Source: Amphiscolops sp. MND2022 (lineage: Eukaryota). Taken from it: a stretch of 64,000 bases of DNA. The stretch is from assembly GCA_964187785.1 (NCBI GenBank), contig OZ076411.1, forward strand, positions 34,100,001-34,164,000, read 5' to 3'. Below the pieces are notes generated by a model, which saw only the letters and a program-made list of their open reading frames with translations, searched no databases and was not told the origin of the DNA. The position numbers and the translations under genes were made by a program. The number at the start of each line of letters is the position of its first letter. The stretch's first letter is position 1. Of the stretch, positions 52,453 through 64,000 are shown piece by piece.

Positions 52453-52967
52453 TTTTGTCTCAAAGTTTTGAATTGCTCTCCCATTGTAGCTTGTTCATAG
52501 AGCTCTTCAAATGGATGTCATTGTTTTGTAATCAGTTTTCTTTGGATCAGCCATTTTTGAAGTTGCCCAAAACCCCAGAGTACACTGACTAACCAAAGGA
52601 GTCCAAGTTCTGCTGTGATTACAATTCCCAACAAGCTGATGAAGTAGCCCAAAACCCCAGTGTACACTATATACCCAAAAGCTCCAGTACTACTACTTCG
52701 AATTCAATCTCTCAGGGTCTGCAGAAGTAGCCCAAACCCCAGAGTACACAATTGACCCAGGAGAGCCCAGATGGGCCCATTTTGCAGCACACACGGTTTT
52801 TTATAGATCACCAACAGTCGTCGTTCACTGTACACGTTCACTTGTTCGCACGGTGATGTTCTGGCTGTGTAGCGATCAGACGATCATCCAGTTGTCCGCC
52901 CAACTGATTATGTCCGCCCAGATGATTATGTCCGCCCAATTGACCATGTCCGGGTCGGCGGGCAAAA

Positions 52968-53853
52968 TGTAACAGCTGCTTGATCCCTTCACTTGACCAA
53001 ACTCTACGCCGCCCTGAATTCGGTGCTCGGCACTGCGGATCGTTACCGAACACTGCGTGCTTCGTAGATTAAAAGGACTGTATCTTGACTAAGTAGGATC
53101 CAATGATCCCGCATTGCACTTCTTCTTTGTCTCTTAACACGTCCAATTCTCCACAAGTTGAGAGTAACTAACTTAGTCGCCCTTAGTCTTTGGCAAAAAG
53201 TCGAAAAGTGGTGACAAAATGAATTGAAAAATATGTGTGGCCCTGAGACCCGACTTTAAAACAGCTTTCCAATCGAAATGTGCCTAATTAGTTATTGTAT
53301 AAATTTTGTTTACATATATTCGATAATATGAGTTGAAGTATGAAGAATAAACAGATGACATTTAAGGCATAATATGAAGTTATTGGCTAAGTAAACAAAC
53401 TATGTGGTAGTTTTGGCATAGTTGTTAGGTGGGTTAGAAAGTATGTTTACCCAATGTAAATATCACCACTTTCAACAGTGTTAAATTTCTTTCAAGGTCA
53501 TATGGTAAAATCACATAATAATTTGTATATCAAAATTGGGTTTTCATGGGGTCGGACCTAGGTCACTTTGGGTGTTATTTGCTTCGAGCCCAAGGGAGAT
53601 ACGGGGTCGGGTCAATCGAGTGAAACGTTAAGGTAGCACCACCAGTATATGTGATATGTGCCGAGTTTCAAGGTGATTGAAGAAGTGGTTCCTCGGGACG
53701 CGGGGTGGCCCTTTTTTACATAGGGTCAATTTTGCTAGGACATGTGTTTTTCCAAATAAAACCCTGATAAATTTTCTAAATGTTTTGAACATTAAGTTTC
53801 ATCAGTCACGTTCGAATTTGAGTTTCTGATCTCTCAATTGACTGGCGCCAACA
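52968..53853 (-). repeat. BEL 5' LTR (886 bp)
   Basis: Direct repeat of 45457-46339, visibly diverged from it. Confidence 0.88.
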
Positions 53854-56030
53854 GTTCCGGAAGTGACATCACAGTAGGAGAACAATCTGTTGCCAAACAA
53901 CTGAAAGTGCGCATCAACCCCAAAACGCATTACACTCGCTCGATCGGACACCAACTGGTCAACATAATTGGCTCTGCGACAGCATTTTTTTAACTTGCGG
54001 GACACGAGTGCAACGAAGCATGCGATCCGGCAATCCTAGGTTCATCCGCACTTTCACAATTTGAATGGATAACTATCAAGTACCAAGGCTTAGCACCTCT
54101 TTTAGTTATTGCTAGCATTGCCAGTTTACCAGTCGAAGAGTCCGGCGGGCAGACTTACATAAATCTGGAGTCTTTCCCTATCGTAGCATTAAAGGAGAAA
54201 GCCAGCCCGATCCGTTGTCCTTCTCGATTCCGAAGTGAAGAAGATCATGGATTTTTTCGCGAAGAGATCAAATCAAAAAGCTAAATGAAATCGGTGTCAT
54301 AGAGAATTCGCAAACCTCTTCGCGGGCTCAGATAGTACTGTCAAAAATCGCTAACCACAAAAAACGAATATGCCTCGAGTATTCTACAACAGTTAAACGG
54401 TAGAGTGTTCGAGAAGCTTACCCTATCCCGGACATTGAACAATTGTTGTTGAAAGTGTGCCCCTGGCACTGGTTCCCCTACAAAAACCTGAAATCAGCCT
54501 ACCACCAACTCCGTTTAGTGAAGGAAGAAATACATCTAACCGCGTTTGAAACAAATGGAGACTTGTGGCAATTCACCCTGCTATCATTCGGGGTAACGAA
54601 CGGGGTGCTAGCCTTTCAGAAAGCAATTAACACTAGTGTCGATGGACTGCAAAGTATTGCCGTAGATATTGACGACGTAGTAATTGTATTGCAATTGAGG
54701 TGGAGCACGACAAAAATACAAAACAGATGCCATTTGTGCTCGAAACCGATGCCTCAGGGAACGCAATTGCGCGGTCTTAACAGCCAGTAGCCTTAACAAA
54801 ACGAACACCCAGTAGCCCTCGTATCTCATAACCCTTCGGATCAGTAGTTGAATTTCTCAGTGATCAAAAAAGCGTTTGCCATTGCGTGGTCGGTACAGAA
54901 ATGCCAGCAATACTTGCTAGTAAGTCATTTCAACATACTGAAAGATCAAGAAGGAGTTTCGTATTTGTTTGAAGCAAAACCACGGTCCTTTTATTAAAAC
55001 AGCAAACTATGTCGTTGGAGATTGGTAAAATCGGAACAAAATTCGATTTCAACGTACAGTACCGCAAAGGTAAACGGAACGTAGTGGCAGGTGCATAGAG
55101 CTGAGTCAGTGCTTTATGCTCACAATTGGACGAAACCGGCTACGACGCCATTAACGAGGAAAAGAACAAGAAGTACATCGCATGTGACGTAAGCTTCACG
55201 CTTAAGGAAGTCCATGACAAAATGGACCATCCCAGAATCGCTAGAACCGTTGAGTTTATCGACCGTCAATTTGATATTTCTGAAGCAGAAGCCTATCCTG
55301 GAGCAAAAGGTCCAGGACTACGTCTCGGAATGCTCTGTCTGTCTAGAGCTGACACCCAGGTTCTTCCAACCACCTTACACACCACTTACAAGATCCAAAC
55401 AACCTTGGGAGAGACTGTCGCTAGACTTTGTAAGTCCGAACAAACGCACACCAACAGGAAACAAGTACTTTTTACCAGTTTTAGATGAATTTAGCGGACT
55501 TCCGTTCGCTTTTGCCGGCGAAGAAGCCAACACAAAAAGCGTCATATCTGCTCTATCACCATTTTGATCTTCGGTCCTCCACTGGCGGTTCATAGCGATC
55601 GAGGAAGTTTGTTCGAAAGTTCGGTGTTCAAATCCTCACTAGACTGTTGGATCTTATGCAAAACGCGAACCATTCCGTACAACCCAGCTGGTAACTTCCA
55701 ATGGGAGAGGCTGAACGGAATAATCTGGAAGACAGTGAAACTTCGACTGAAGCAACTTCTTAAACCAGCTGCGCTCTGGGACGAAGGTATTCCGAAAGCT
55801 TTGTGCAATATTCGATAATTGTCGTTAGGAGCAATAGGCTTCATAACCAATGGCTTCACAGCCGTCTCTCCGGATTCACAAGACGCTCATCGCTGGATCA
55901 AAACCTTATAGATTTCGACAAAATTGACGTTACGCCACCGTGTTCCAGTTCTACACCCAAATGGATGTCTCAGGGGTCAGAGGTATTCATGAAGAATTTT
56001 ACAAGGAAGTCTGAGGACGATTCACTAGTA

Positions 56031-56817
56031 CGGCGGGCGGGACTAACGTCTAAGGAATAACGTCCAAATTCAAAACGGGAATAACGTCTAAATTTAAACC
56101 TTTTGTTTCCTGTTTTTTAGACGTTATTCCCGAAAATGAAAACTCGAGAAAGTGATTTCAAAAACTATCGGAGTTGGAAACTGACTATTTTTATACTACA
56201 TGGCAGAATTTGAAATCATCGAAGGCCGTGGTAAGAGGGCAGTTGTCTACATCTGCAAAAACATACTTATTGAAAGCGAAGATATCATAATGTGAGATGT
56301 GCTGTGTATGATTCGCGATCTCAGTTCTCGCAGGTCTTTGCTCCTGTTCGACCTCGCTTAGCAAGGTGGAAACATAAGCGGCCCCGAGGGGCAGCGGGGA
56401 ACCAGAGGAATTGAGGACATATCCGAGACACGTTTTATACTTTGAATCACTTCATAGCTTCAGATCTTGATTGAGTTGATTTTTCCCAATTTTAGATGTT
56501 ATTCCGTTTCTAAGACGTATTTTAAATATTTTTAGATCTTTTAGGCGTTTTTCCCGATTTTAAACGTTATTCCTGGTTTTCAGACGTAATGTTATAGTTT
56601 TTTGATATTTCGGACTTTTTTTCGATCTAGACGCTTCCCGATTCTAGAAGTTATTCCTCTTTTTAGACGTTATTCCCCTGTTTATACGTTATTCCCGTTT
56701 TTTAGACGTTATTCTTTAATATTTCACTTTAGATGTTATTCCTTCAGACGTTACTCCCGGTGGACCTTTAGACGTTATTCCTTAGACGTTATTCCTTAGA
56801 CGTTATTCCCTCTTCTA
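56031..56817. mobile_element. 787-bp non-autonomous DNA transposon (hAT or Mutator/foldback-like) with an 8-bp TSD
   Basis: CACTAGTA at 56023-56030 and 56818-56825. GGAATAACGTC repeats on the left and many AGACGTTATTCC repeats on the right. Removing it restores the Gypsy integrase reading DDSLVEAA. Confidence 0.8.
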
Positions 56818-57427
56818 CACTAGTAGAGGCTGCACGAATTGTGCGCCTATTATTGCCATAACACGCAGTGCTTTCGTACCCAGGGAAAAATAGAATCGAA
56901 ACGGTCGCAACGAATGTCATTTCGAAGGGACTAGAAGCACCTGACATTCTCAATCATTCGGAGCAGAACCCGACTGTATTCCCGACAGAATCTCACACAT
57001 TCTCAAGAGATACGTCACAGGAACTTCCGCCAGAGCAAGCAAAGGCATGTTGTAGAAGAGCACCGAGCCCTGTAAAGACAGTAGAAACACTTTCGGATGT
57101 TGATTTGAAACAGATCCCCTGCCGAACAGTCTATCGAAGAAACGTCATCTACCACCGCTACGAATAAGTGGCCGACTGAGAACACCAAGACAGGGATAGT
57201 GTGGTGACTACGTGTATTTTTAACTGATTTAACTAATTTTTAAAATGATGGTTGTAAATTGTGTCGTTTCAGAGTGAGCTGATAGTGATTTATACGTGGA
57301 ATTAGAGTTTCATCTGCTTTGCGAAGTTACGACAGTGAACATAGCTGACTACCTTGTAGTAATAGCTCCGACAAAATCTGACACGCGTTTTCAGCTTAGT
57401 GAATTCAATGCGATTTCAAATTTCAGC

Positions 57428-58405
57428 CAAAATAAAAGACCTTCAACTTTTAAATTATTTACACAGAACTGATACCATGTGCCTGAAACATAATTGTTAG
57501 ATTAACCTGCAATTCAGGGGTTGTGTAGATTCTATATACAATACAATTTTTCCTATATTTAATATAATAAGCCTAATTGTTGTGATAATCCTATTAAATA
57601 GTTTCAGAGACGTTGATTAAAATTGAACGCACATCTCGTTGCTGGACATATCTTCGGATTTTGTGGACCTGGATTGGACTTTGACTGGTTTGCAAACGGC
57701 TACAAGGGCATCAGTTGCAGAGACGCTGATTGCTTGCGGACCTGGATTGGACCTTGACTGGTTTTCAAAAAGGCTACATACTCAACTCTATCCTGTTAGT
57801 TCGTTCCTTTATCTATCTTTATACATGGTCTTTCTTATAGGCGCAAGCTGCTTAGACAACGCTTTTAATTCATTAGAAAGCCTCAAGCAAAAGTGACTAA
57901 AAAGAATTATTCTGGCAATTCTTGGCTTATCTTCAAATCCACAAGCCCTCGACCCTAAGAAAAAACTCCAAAACTTCTTACTAAGAAGTAGTACGGAAAA
58001 TATGGTTATTTGGCACGACATGATCAGCAACTCCATTTCCAAACATCGCAGCAAAGGTAACAGACCCTGTCAGACAAAAAATTTGTTGGACATCCTATGT
58101 TCGTTCAAGAACAGAATAGAAGCTATTCTTTACGTCCAACGGGCAAACTCACCGAACAACCTGCAAAAGTTGAAGAGAACGGGGATTCTTATTCTGGACG
58201 TGAAGACGCGCCTCACGTCAACCCGAAAAAGGAACAACCCGAATTTCATTGCTGATCTCCAGAAAATACACCCAAATATCGGGAATGGCCGCAAGTTACT
58301 ACATACTATACTGAAGAACCAATACAACTTCAGAAATCTTATCCGCAAAAAACGATCCCTCTCGAAAAACCGACCATCGCAAATAAGACGGAAGAAAACC
58401 CAAAA
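57428..58405 (+). repeat. Long direct repeat A (~0.97 kb) upstream of LINE ORF1
   Basis: Matches ~62974-63945 (ORF pairs 57639/63176 and 57809/63346, offset 5537). Confidence 0.9.
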
Positions 58406-58507
58406 ACAGTCGTCTGTTGAAAGTAAGCCACTCAAAACTGTCTATTCAGCTTAGGCGCCTCAGGGACTTCAGTGTCTCAGTAGGTTCCTTCGTTGAATAG
58501 CCAAACA

Positions 58508-59802
58508 ATGAGTCACTGTAACAAAAAGAAAATCAACAAAACAAGAATATGCATCAGTTGCCCTAAACGAGCCGGCAATTTTTTGCCACTCCTGTAAAAA
58601 GTGGTCCCACAGCAATTGCGTGGGACTCACAAAATAACAGATTGATGTGATGAACGAAACTGACGGGGCAATGTGGTTCTGTAAACAATGCAGACCAACA
58701 GTGAAAACGACAATCCAATCAGGGTTGCCAAACTTGCGTCTTGATCTTGAAAAAAACGTCATGACAATCAAAGACATGGTCGCAGATAGGATTTCACGAA
58801 GCAAATCTTTAGATTCCGAATGTTTTGAAAAAATTGAAGGCTTCCAGGAAGCTTGTACTGCATGCGAATCAACAGTTACAGGCCTCAAACCTACCTTGGT
58901 GGAGGTGAACAGAAAAATTCAATAGCACAGCAATACACTAACGCAACACAAAATGACTTATGCAGCCAAATGCGCAGCCACGCTATCCGAGCCCACGGAA
59001 AAGAAAGCTTCGCGGTCCATCGAGCAGATAATTCTTGTGGAAATCTCAGACAGCGGCCTTGCCAACATTATGTATATCAAGAAGGCGTTTGCCAAACATT
59101 TCCCAAAAAAACTGATCCACGCTTTTAGTAACAGTAGAGGAAAGATCCATCTGGAAGTTGATTCCGCAGACACAGTAGCGGATATAATGCAAAATTGGAA
59201 TAAAGATGTCATGAGTACAGACACTGGTGTCACAAACCCCAGAGGAAAACGCCGGCAAAATGCTCTAATTATAAGAGTGGTCGACACAGGAATTAGCGAA
59301 GAGACACTGGCGGAACAAATCGCAGTGCAACTCCACACAGACATGAAAAGGTCACAATCAGACGTTTCATCAAAAAACTGATAATTCCAAAATGACCACG
59401 GTCAAAGTTGACACACAAGAAAGAACTATGTTAGAGACCGCATCAGCAAACGGCCTTTTTGTTTACCAGCTGTTCTTCAGACCTACCGAATACATCGAGA
59501 AAACAGATATTCACGTGACCAGTTGCTTCAACTGCCAGAAATTCGGCCATATGGCACCATCTTGCAAATTGGGTCAAAAATGTGGTAAATGCGCGGAAAT
59601 TCATAATACCGATAGCTGTCACCAACCGGAACAAAACTACAAATGTGTCAACTGTCTGGAACAACACTTTCCAGCATCGAAAGAATGCCCTGTCTACCTG
59701 AAGACTATGGAGGAGTTGTATCAGAGCCGATCGGTACACCTACCAAAACAATTACAAGACAAAATTGACAGACTCATCATCGAAAACAAATGGCCCGCAT
59801 AA
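58508..59802 (+). pseudogene. LINE ORF1 (nucleic-acid-binding protein) with a PHD finger and three zinc knuckles; disrupted
   Basis: CISC...CHSCKKWSHSNC...WFCKQC (PHD-type spacing, one frameshift and one stop). CFNCQKFGHMAPSC, CGKCAEIHNTDSC, CVNCLEQHFPASKECP. Confidence 0.82.
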
Positions 59803-62800
59803 TGCAAGTAAATATGGCAGGGTTAAGCACTCATTGCTCAACCGCTTTATCTTTTTACCTGAACCAAGGAAAGCCCCATGCAGTGATTTTAACGGAGACT
59901 CGCTAGCAGCACATGAAATCAGTAATTATTCTGCCATTAGCTACTGTGGGACGAGCGGTCAGGGAGGAGTTTCCATTTTAGTCAGGAAAGATATCACACA
60001 CGTACCGAAAATCTTCAATGCCCCGATTGACTATGTCTGGACCATTGTCACTATCAACAGAATACCAATGTTACTGGGAGCCGTCTACATAGCACCAACC
60101 AGCTCACCGAAACTACAAACTCTTATCAGTCAGCTCGAGGAAGCGGCGGCCTTTTCCAATAGACACAACCTCGAACTTCTGCTAGCGGGTTACATTAATG
60201 CTAGATACCCAATGTGGGGAGATAGATCAACGAATGAGCACGACAGAACTCTAGTGAACGCACTACACGACTCCTCCAGGGTGGTAAATGTCATCAACGA
60301 CGGACAACCCACTTTTGTGTCAACCAACGGGAGCAGTGTTATCGATCTGTTTATCACGTCAGAGAGAATAACTGAAACTACAAACTTCTTAATGTTAGAC
60401 CACGAAACAGAATTGTTCACTGGTGGTCCGACGAGGGGACACCTTCCCGTATGGCTGAACAAGAAAAGAGAAGACACAAAAGAAGTCAAACTTAAAAAAG
60501 ATCTGAAGAACGCCAATTGGGAAGGGTTTTACGAGTGTGTAGAAAGCCTTCTAACAGAAAGGATAGATTTCAAGACAAGGGACGGCAATTCCTCATGATT
60601 GCTACTGAAAGAAGAGCTTCACACTGCTTCAGAACAACATATCCAGTGAAGAAGGTCTGTTGCTTCTTGAAACCGTATTGGTGCGAAGAACTCAGTTCGA
60701 AAAGCCGAGAGCTCCGTAAGGCACGGAAAAATTACCGATACCGTAGCTCGGAGCAAAACCCCAAGATTTTGAGAGAGCTTCAACAATCCTTTCAAAATAT
60801 GGTAGAAGATGAAGCAAACGAATACTTCAAAAGCTCCATCGAAGACGTTAACGATAGTCTTTCAAAGGAATTTTGGAAGCGTGTCAATAAGCTTTTGACG
60901 GACAAGGAAGATGCTGGTGTTTCCCCTTTGTTGAAAGAGAACAAAATCCATTTTGCTGAAAAAGACAAAGCAGATATATTTCGGGAAACTTTTTTCACGG
61001 GAAAGCCTTTGGAGAAACTCAGGTTCAACGAAGAATTCAAGCTACACGTAGAGAATACTTTACAACAATCCCTACATTCCGAAAGACCCGAAATAGAAAG
61101 TGACAGGTGGTTTAACTGTGACCTCACCTTCGAAGAACAGGACTAATTTCTGCGTTTTTTGAAAACATCAGGAAAGTCTCTCGATAACGACAACATACAT
61201 CCAAAATGATCAAGCACGCAGGACCCTTATATAAAGAAGTCCTTCTTCACATTGCAAACAGAACACTGAATGAAAATCACTGGCCGTGGAACCATTCAAA
61301 AGTGATATTCCTGAGGAAGCAAGGTAAAACGTTTTACACGACACTGTCAGCATATCGTCCAATAACAATTCCCAGCTATATCGGAAAAATTGTTGAAAGA
61401 TTATTGGATGCCAGGCTGAGAAGCTTCTTCAAAAAATTCAACCTGTTAGACGAAGAGCAGGAAGGCTTCCTGTCCCACAAGAGCACAGTAAGGTCGTTGT
61501 ATAGGTTGAAAATGGAATGTCAAGAAGTGAGAATGAGCAGGAAAAGTGGCGCATTGTTATCCATCGACTTTGAGAAGGCCTTCGACTCCGTATGGATCAA
61601 TGGACTGCTCCAAAAACTCTATAAATCGGGAGTTAGATGTATATTCATTATAATGATTGAAAGTATTTTGAAAAACCGACAACTCAGCAAAGAAATCGGT
61701 AATCTGAGAAGCCAATACTTTGGAGCCAAAGATGGACTTCCACTAGGTGTGTGTTATCACCATTTCTGTTCATTTTTTTCGTTTCCGACATATTCGAAAA
61801 CCTCAACTGTAAGACCTTCAAATTCGCTGACGATGGAAACCTACTAGTGACAGGATACACTGAAACCCAAGTCTACCTGAACTGTCAAATTATTCTAAAA
61901 CAACTGGAACCGTGGTGTAAATTTGGAGGATTGCAGTTAATGGTGACAAGGCGTCAATAATCCACCTCAACACTGAGAACCCGCACGCTCCGAAGTTTTT
62001 CGGCGAGGCCTGCAAGGTCACCAGAAGCACAAAAAGCCTGGGTTTGATTGTGGACGACACACTGGATTTCAATGAACATCTACAGCAGGTAGAAGGGAAA
62101 GTTGCTAAACAGCTGCAAATATTTAAAAAGTTTTGCTGCTCTACTTTGTGTCTAAGGCAAGCAACGATCATAAGCTTTACAAAACTCTAGTGCTCCCCCG
62201 ACTTCTGTACGCAGCCCCTGTGTGGGCCAGTAAACACGTTCAAGCACTTAGCCGATTTCAATACACCGCGCTCAATTTTATCATAGGTACAGGCACGAAA
62301 TTTGACCAGTTGGCAGCAGAAATACTGTGCGGTCTCCTGCCTATGCAATTACAAATTGACATTATCACTATTTAATTTGGAATCAAGCTTTCTCAACAGC
62401 AGGAAACTGTGGAAACTATTTCAGAAATGTTAATTGCCAGAAATAAAAAGCAATAAAAACATCATTGACAATTTGTATAAAGTCACAGGAGCAATAAATT
62501 GTCACACGGTGTCGACATGCAATGAGTACCTGAGAAGTAGATGGAACAGAATATTCAAGAACGCGCTCACGACTACCCCACTGGATTGGTCAATCACTCA
62601 AATTGAATTGGAAGGGATTGCTTATCCAAAAACGACAAGCAGACACCTAGAAAAACTATCAACAAGCTCCTTTTAAATTGCAACGTGAAACTGGCAGAGT
62701 ATGCGTACAAAATTTGGCGAGCGGAGACTCCGCTCTGCCCTTGTTGAGTAGAGACAAAATCAGTCCTGCATTACTTATTCATCAACCCTCTGTACGAGCA

Positions 62801-62900
62801 GTTTCGTGCGCCCGATTTCGCCGCAGGAAACATCTATTCACTCACCTGGACCACGAACCTAATGAATTTCTTCATCGATTCTGGACGTTTCGAAAGTAGA
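59800..62900 (+). pseudogene. LINE ORF2: APE endonuclease plus reverse transcriptase (I/Jockey-group-like), fragmented
   Basis: AGYINARYPMWG, GSSVIDLFITS, HLPV, YRPITIPSYIGKIVERLL, QEGF, SIDFEKAFDSVW, LSPFLFIFFVSDI, KFADDG. C-terminal Cys/His remnants at ~62700-62800. Confidence 0.88.
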
Positions 62901-62973
62901 ACAGAAAGGAAACGACACTTTCAAGATAGTACTCTACTACTGAAGACTCATCATTTTTGAGGCTATGACTAGC

Positions 62974-63945
62974 AGGCCTTCAACTTTTACTTTATTTACT
63001 CAGAACTGATACCAAGTGCCAAAAACATAATTGTTAGGTTAACCCGCAATTTAGGGGTTATGTAGATTCTAAATACAATACATTTTATTCTATATTTAAT
63101 ATAATAAGCCTAATTGTTGTGATAAACTTATTGAATAGTTTCAAAGACGTTGAGTAAAATTGAACGCACATCTCGTTGCTGGACATATCTTTGTCTCTTG
63201 TGGACCTGGATTGGACCTTGACTGGTTTGCAAACGGCTACAAGGGCATCAGTTGCAGAGACGCTGATTGCTTGCGGACCTGGATTGGACCTTGACTGGTT
63301 TTCAAAAAGGCTACATGCTCAACTCTATCCTGTTAGTTCGTTCCTTTATCTATCTTTATACATGGTCTTTCTTATAGGCGCAAGCTGCTTAGACAACGCT
63401 TTTAATTCATTAGAAAGCCTCAAGCAAAAGTGACTAAAAAGAAATATTCTGGCAATTCTTGGCTTATCTTTAAATCCACAAGCCCTCGACCCTAAGAAAA
63501 AACTCCAAAACTTCTTACTAAGTAGTACGGAAAATATGGTTATTTGGCACGACATGATCAGCAACTCCAGTTCCAAACATCGCAGCAACGGTAACAGACC
63601 CTATAAGACAAAAAAATTGTTGGACATCCTGTGTTCGTTCAAGAACAGAATAGAAGCTAATCTTTACGTCCAACGGGTAAACTCACCAAACATCCTGCGA
63701 AAGTTGAAGAGCACGGGGATTCTTATTCTGGACGTGAAGACGCGCCTCACGTCAACCCGAAAAAGGAACAACCCGAATTTCATTGCTGATCTCCGGAAAA
63801 TACACCCAAATATCGGGACTGGCCGCAAGTTACTACATACTATACTGAAGAACCAATACAACTTTAAAAATCTTATCCGCAAGAAACGATCCCTCTCGAA
63901 AAACCGACCATCGCAAAGAAGACGGAAGAAAACCCAAAAAAAAAC
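62974..63945 (+). repeat. Long direct repeat B downstream of LINE ORF2
   Basis: Near-identical to 57428-58405. It stops where a GACGTTTCGGCAAA repeat begins. Confidence 0.9.
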
Positions 63946-64000
63946 GGAAACAAGACGTTTCGGCAAAGACGTTTCGGCAAAAAAAAATCGAGACGTTTCG
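63946..64000. repeat. Start of another repeat (GACGTTTCGGCAAA units), probably the end of a foldback/Mutator-like insertion
   Basis: GACGTTTCG occurs three times in 55 bp. Truncated by the window end. Confidence 0.4.

Larger units (their letters stand above)
45457..53853 (-). mobile_element. BEL/Pao LTR retrotransposon (8.4 kb, both LTRs present, ORFs decayed)
   Basis: Direct-repeat LTRs at 45457-46339 and 52968-53853 (TGTTGG...GTTACA on the minus strand). PPT-like GAGAAAAACAGGGCCGGCAA. DUF1759-like LKLAEFTGDPLEWPEW; BEL knuckles CFCCLAGKH..C..C...HHRLLH; PR LCDSGSSLS; RT YMDDFVKS; IN VD*FGPF; DUF5641-like LTPNHFLLGR. Confidence 0.92.
43690..57380 (+). mobile_element. Degraded Gypsy element with short LTRs, interrupted by BEL/Pao and an 8-bp-TSD element
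   Basis: LTR-like TGTGGTGACTA... at 43690-43900 and from 57200, followed at the 5' copy by a TGGTGGA PBS-like site. gag with two Cys/His knuckles (CRKCNRKGHFQGVC). PR LLVDS|GSDIT split by the insertion. RT LKSAYHQ...FGVTN...IDDVVI; RH FVLETDASG; IN PWERLSLDF, VHSDRGSLF, YNPAGNFQWERLNG. The LTRs are diverged and no TSD was found. Confidence 0.75.

Noticed and set aside
58002-58454. 150-aa basic ORF upstream of LINE ORF1
   Set aside because: It lies in the A-rich leader, the equivalent frame is not clearly preserved in repeat B, and no domain is recognisable.
62930-62975. CTGAAGA followed by a CTCA/TGAG stem, resembling a hammerhead ribozyme
   Set aside because: The conserved GAAA after stem II is absent and no stems I/III are evident.

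Overview
AT-rich animal genomic DNA made almost entirely of nested, mostly decayed transposable elements, with one 200-N scaffold gap (24921-25120). The gag motifs resemble Gypsy families I associate with acoel worms; this is recollection and unverified. The only clear host gene is the 3' half of a class A GPCR (6582-7695). Left to right the window holds: small MITEs and a ~184-bp minisatellite repeat; a 5.27-kb tandem duplication (10546-21084) containing a solo LTR nested in an older Gypsy RNase H; a 14.6-kb minus-strand Gypsy element (20894-35477, ~1.1-kb LTRs, TTTGC TSD); a truncated plus-strand Gypsy (~37.6-42.2 kb); another Gypsy (43690-~57380) split by an 8.4-kb BEL/Pao element inserted in its protease DSG codons and by a 787-bp DNA element with an 8-bp TSD; and a LINE (PHD + zinc-knuckle ORF1, APE-RT ORF2) flanked by ~0.97-kb direct repeats. 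The most striking observation is inside the 14.6-kb Gypsy. Its ~7-kb region between integrase and the 3' LTR carries an antisense, multi-intron gene (~1000 codons, about 23418-27265) whose product shows a BED-like zinc finger and motifs resembling a highly diverged hAT transposase.
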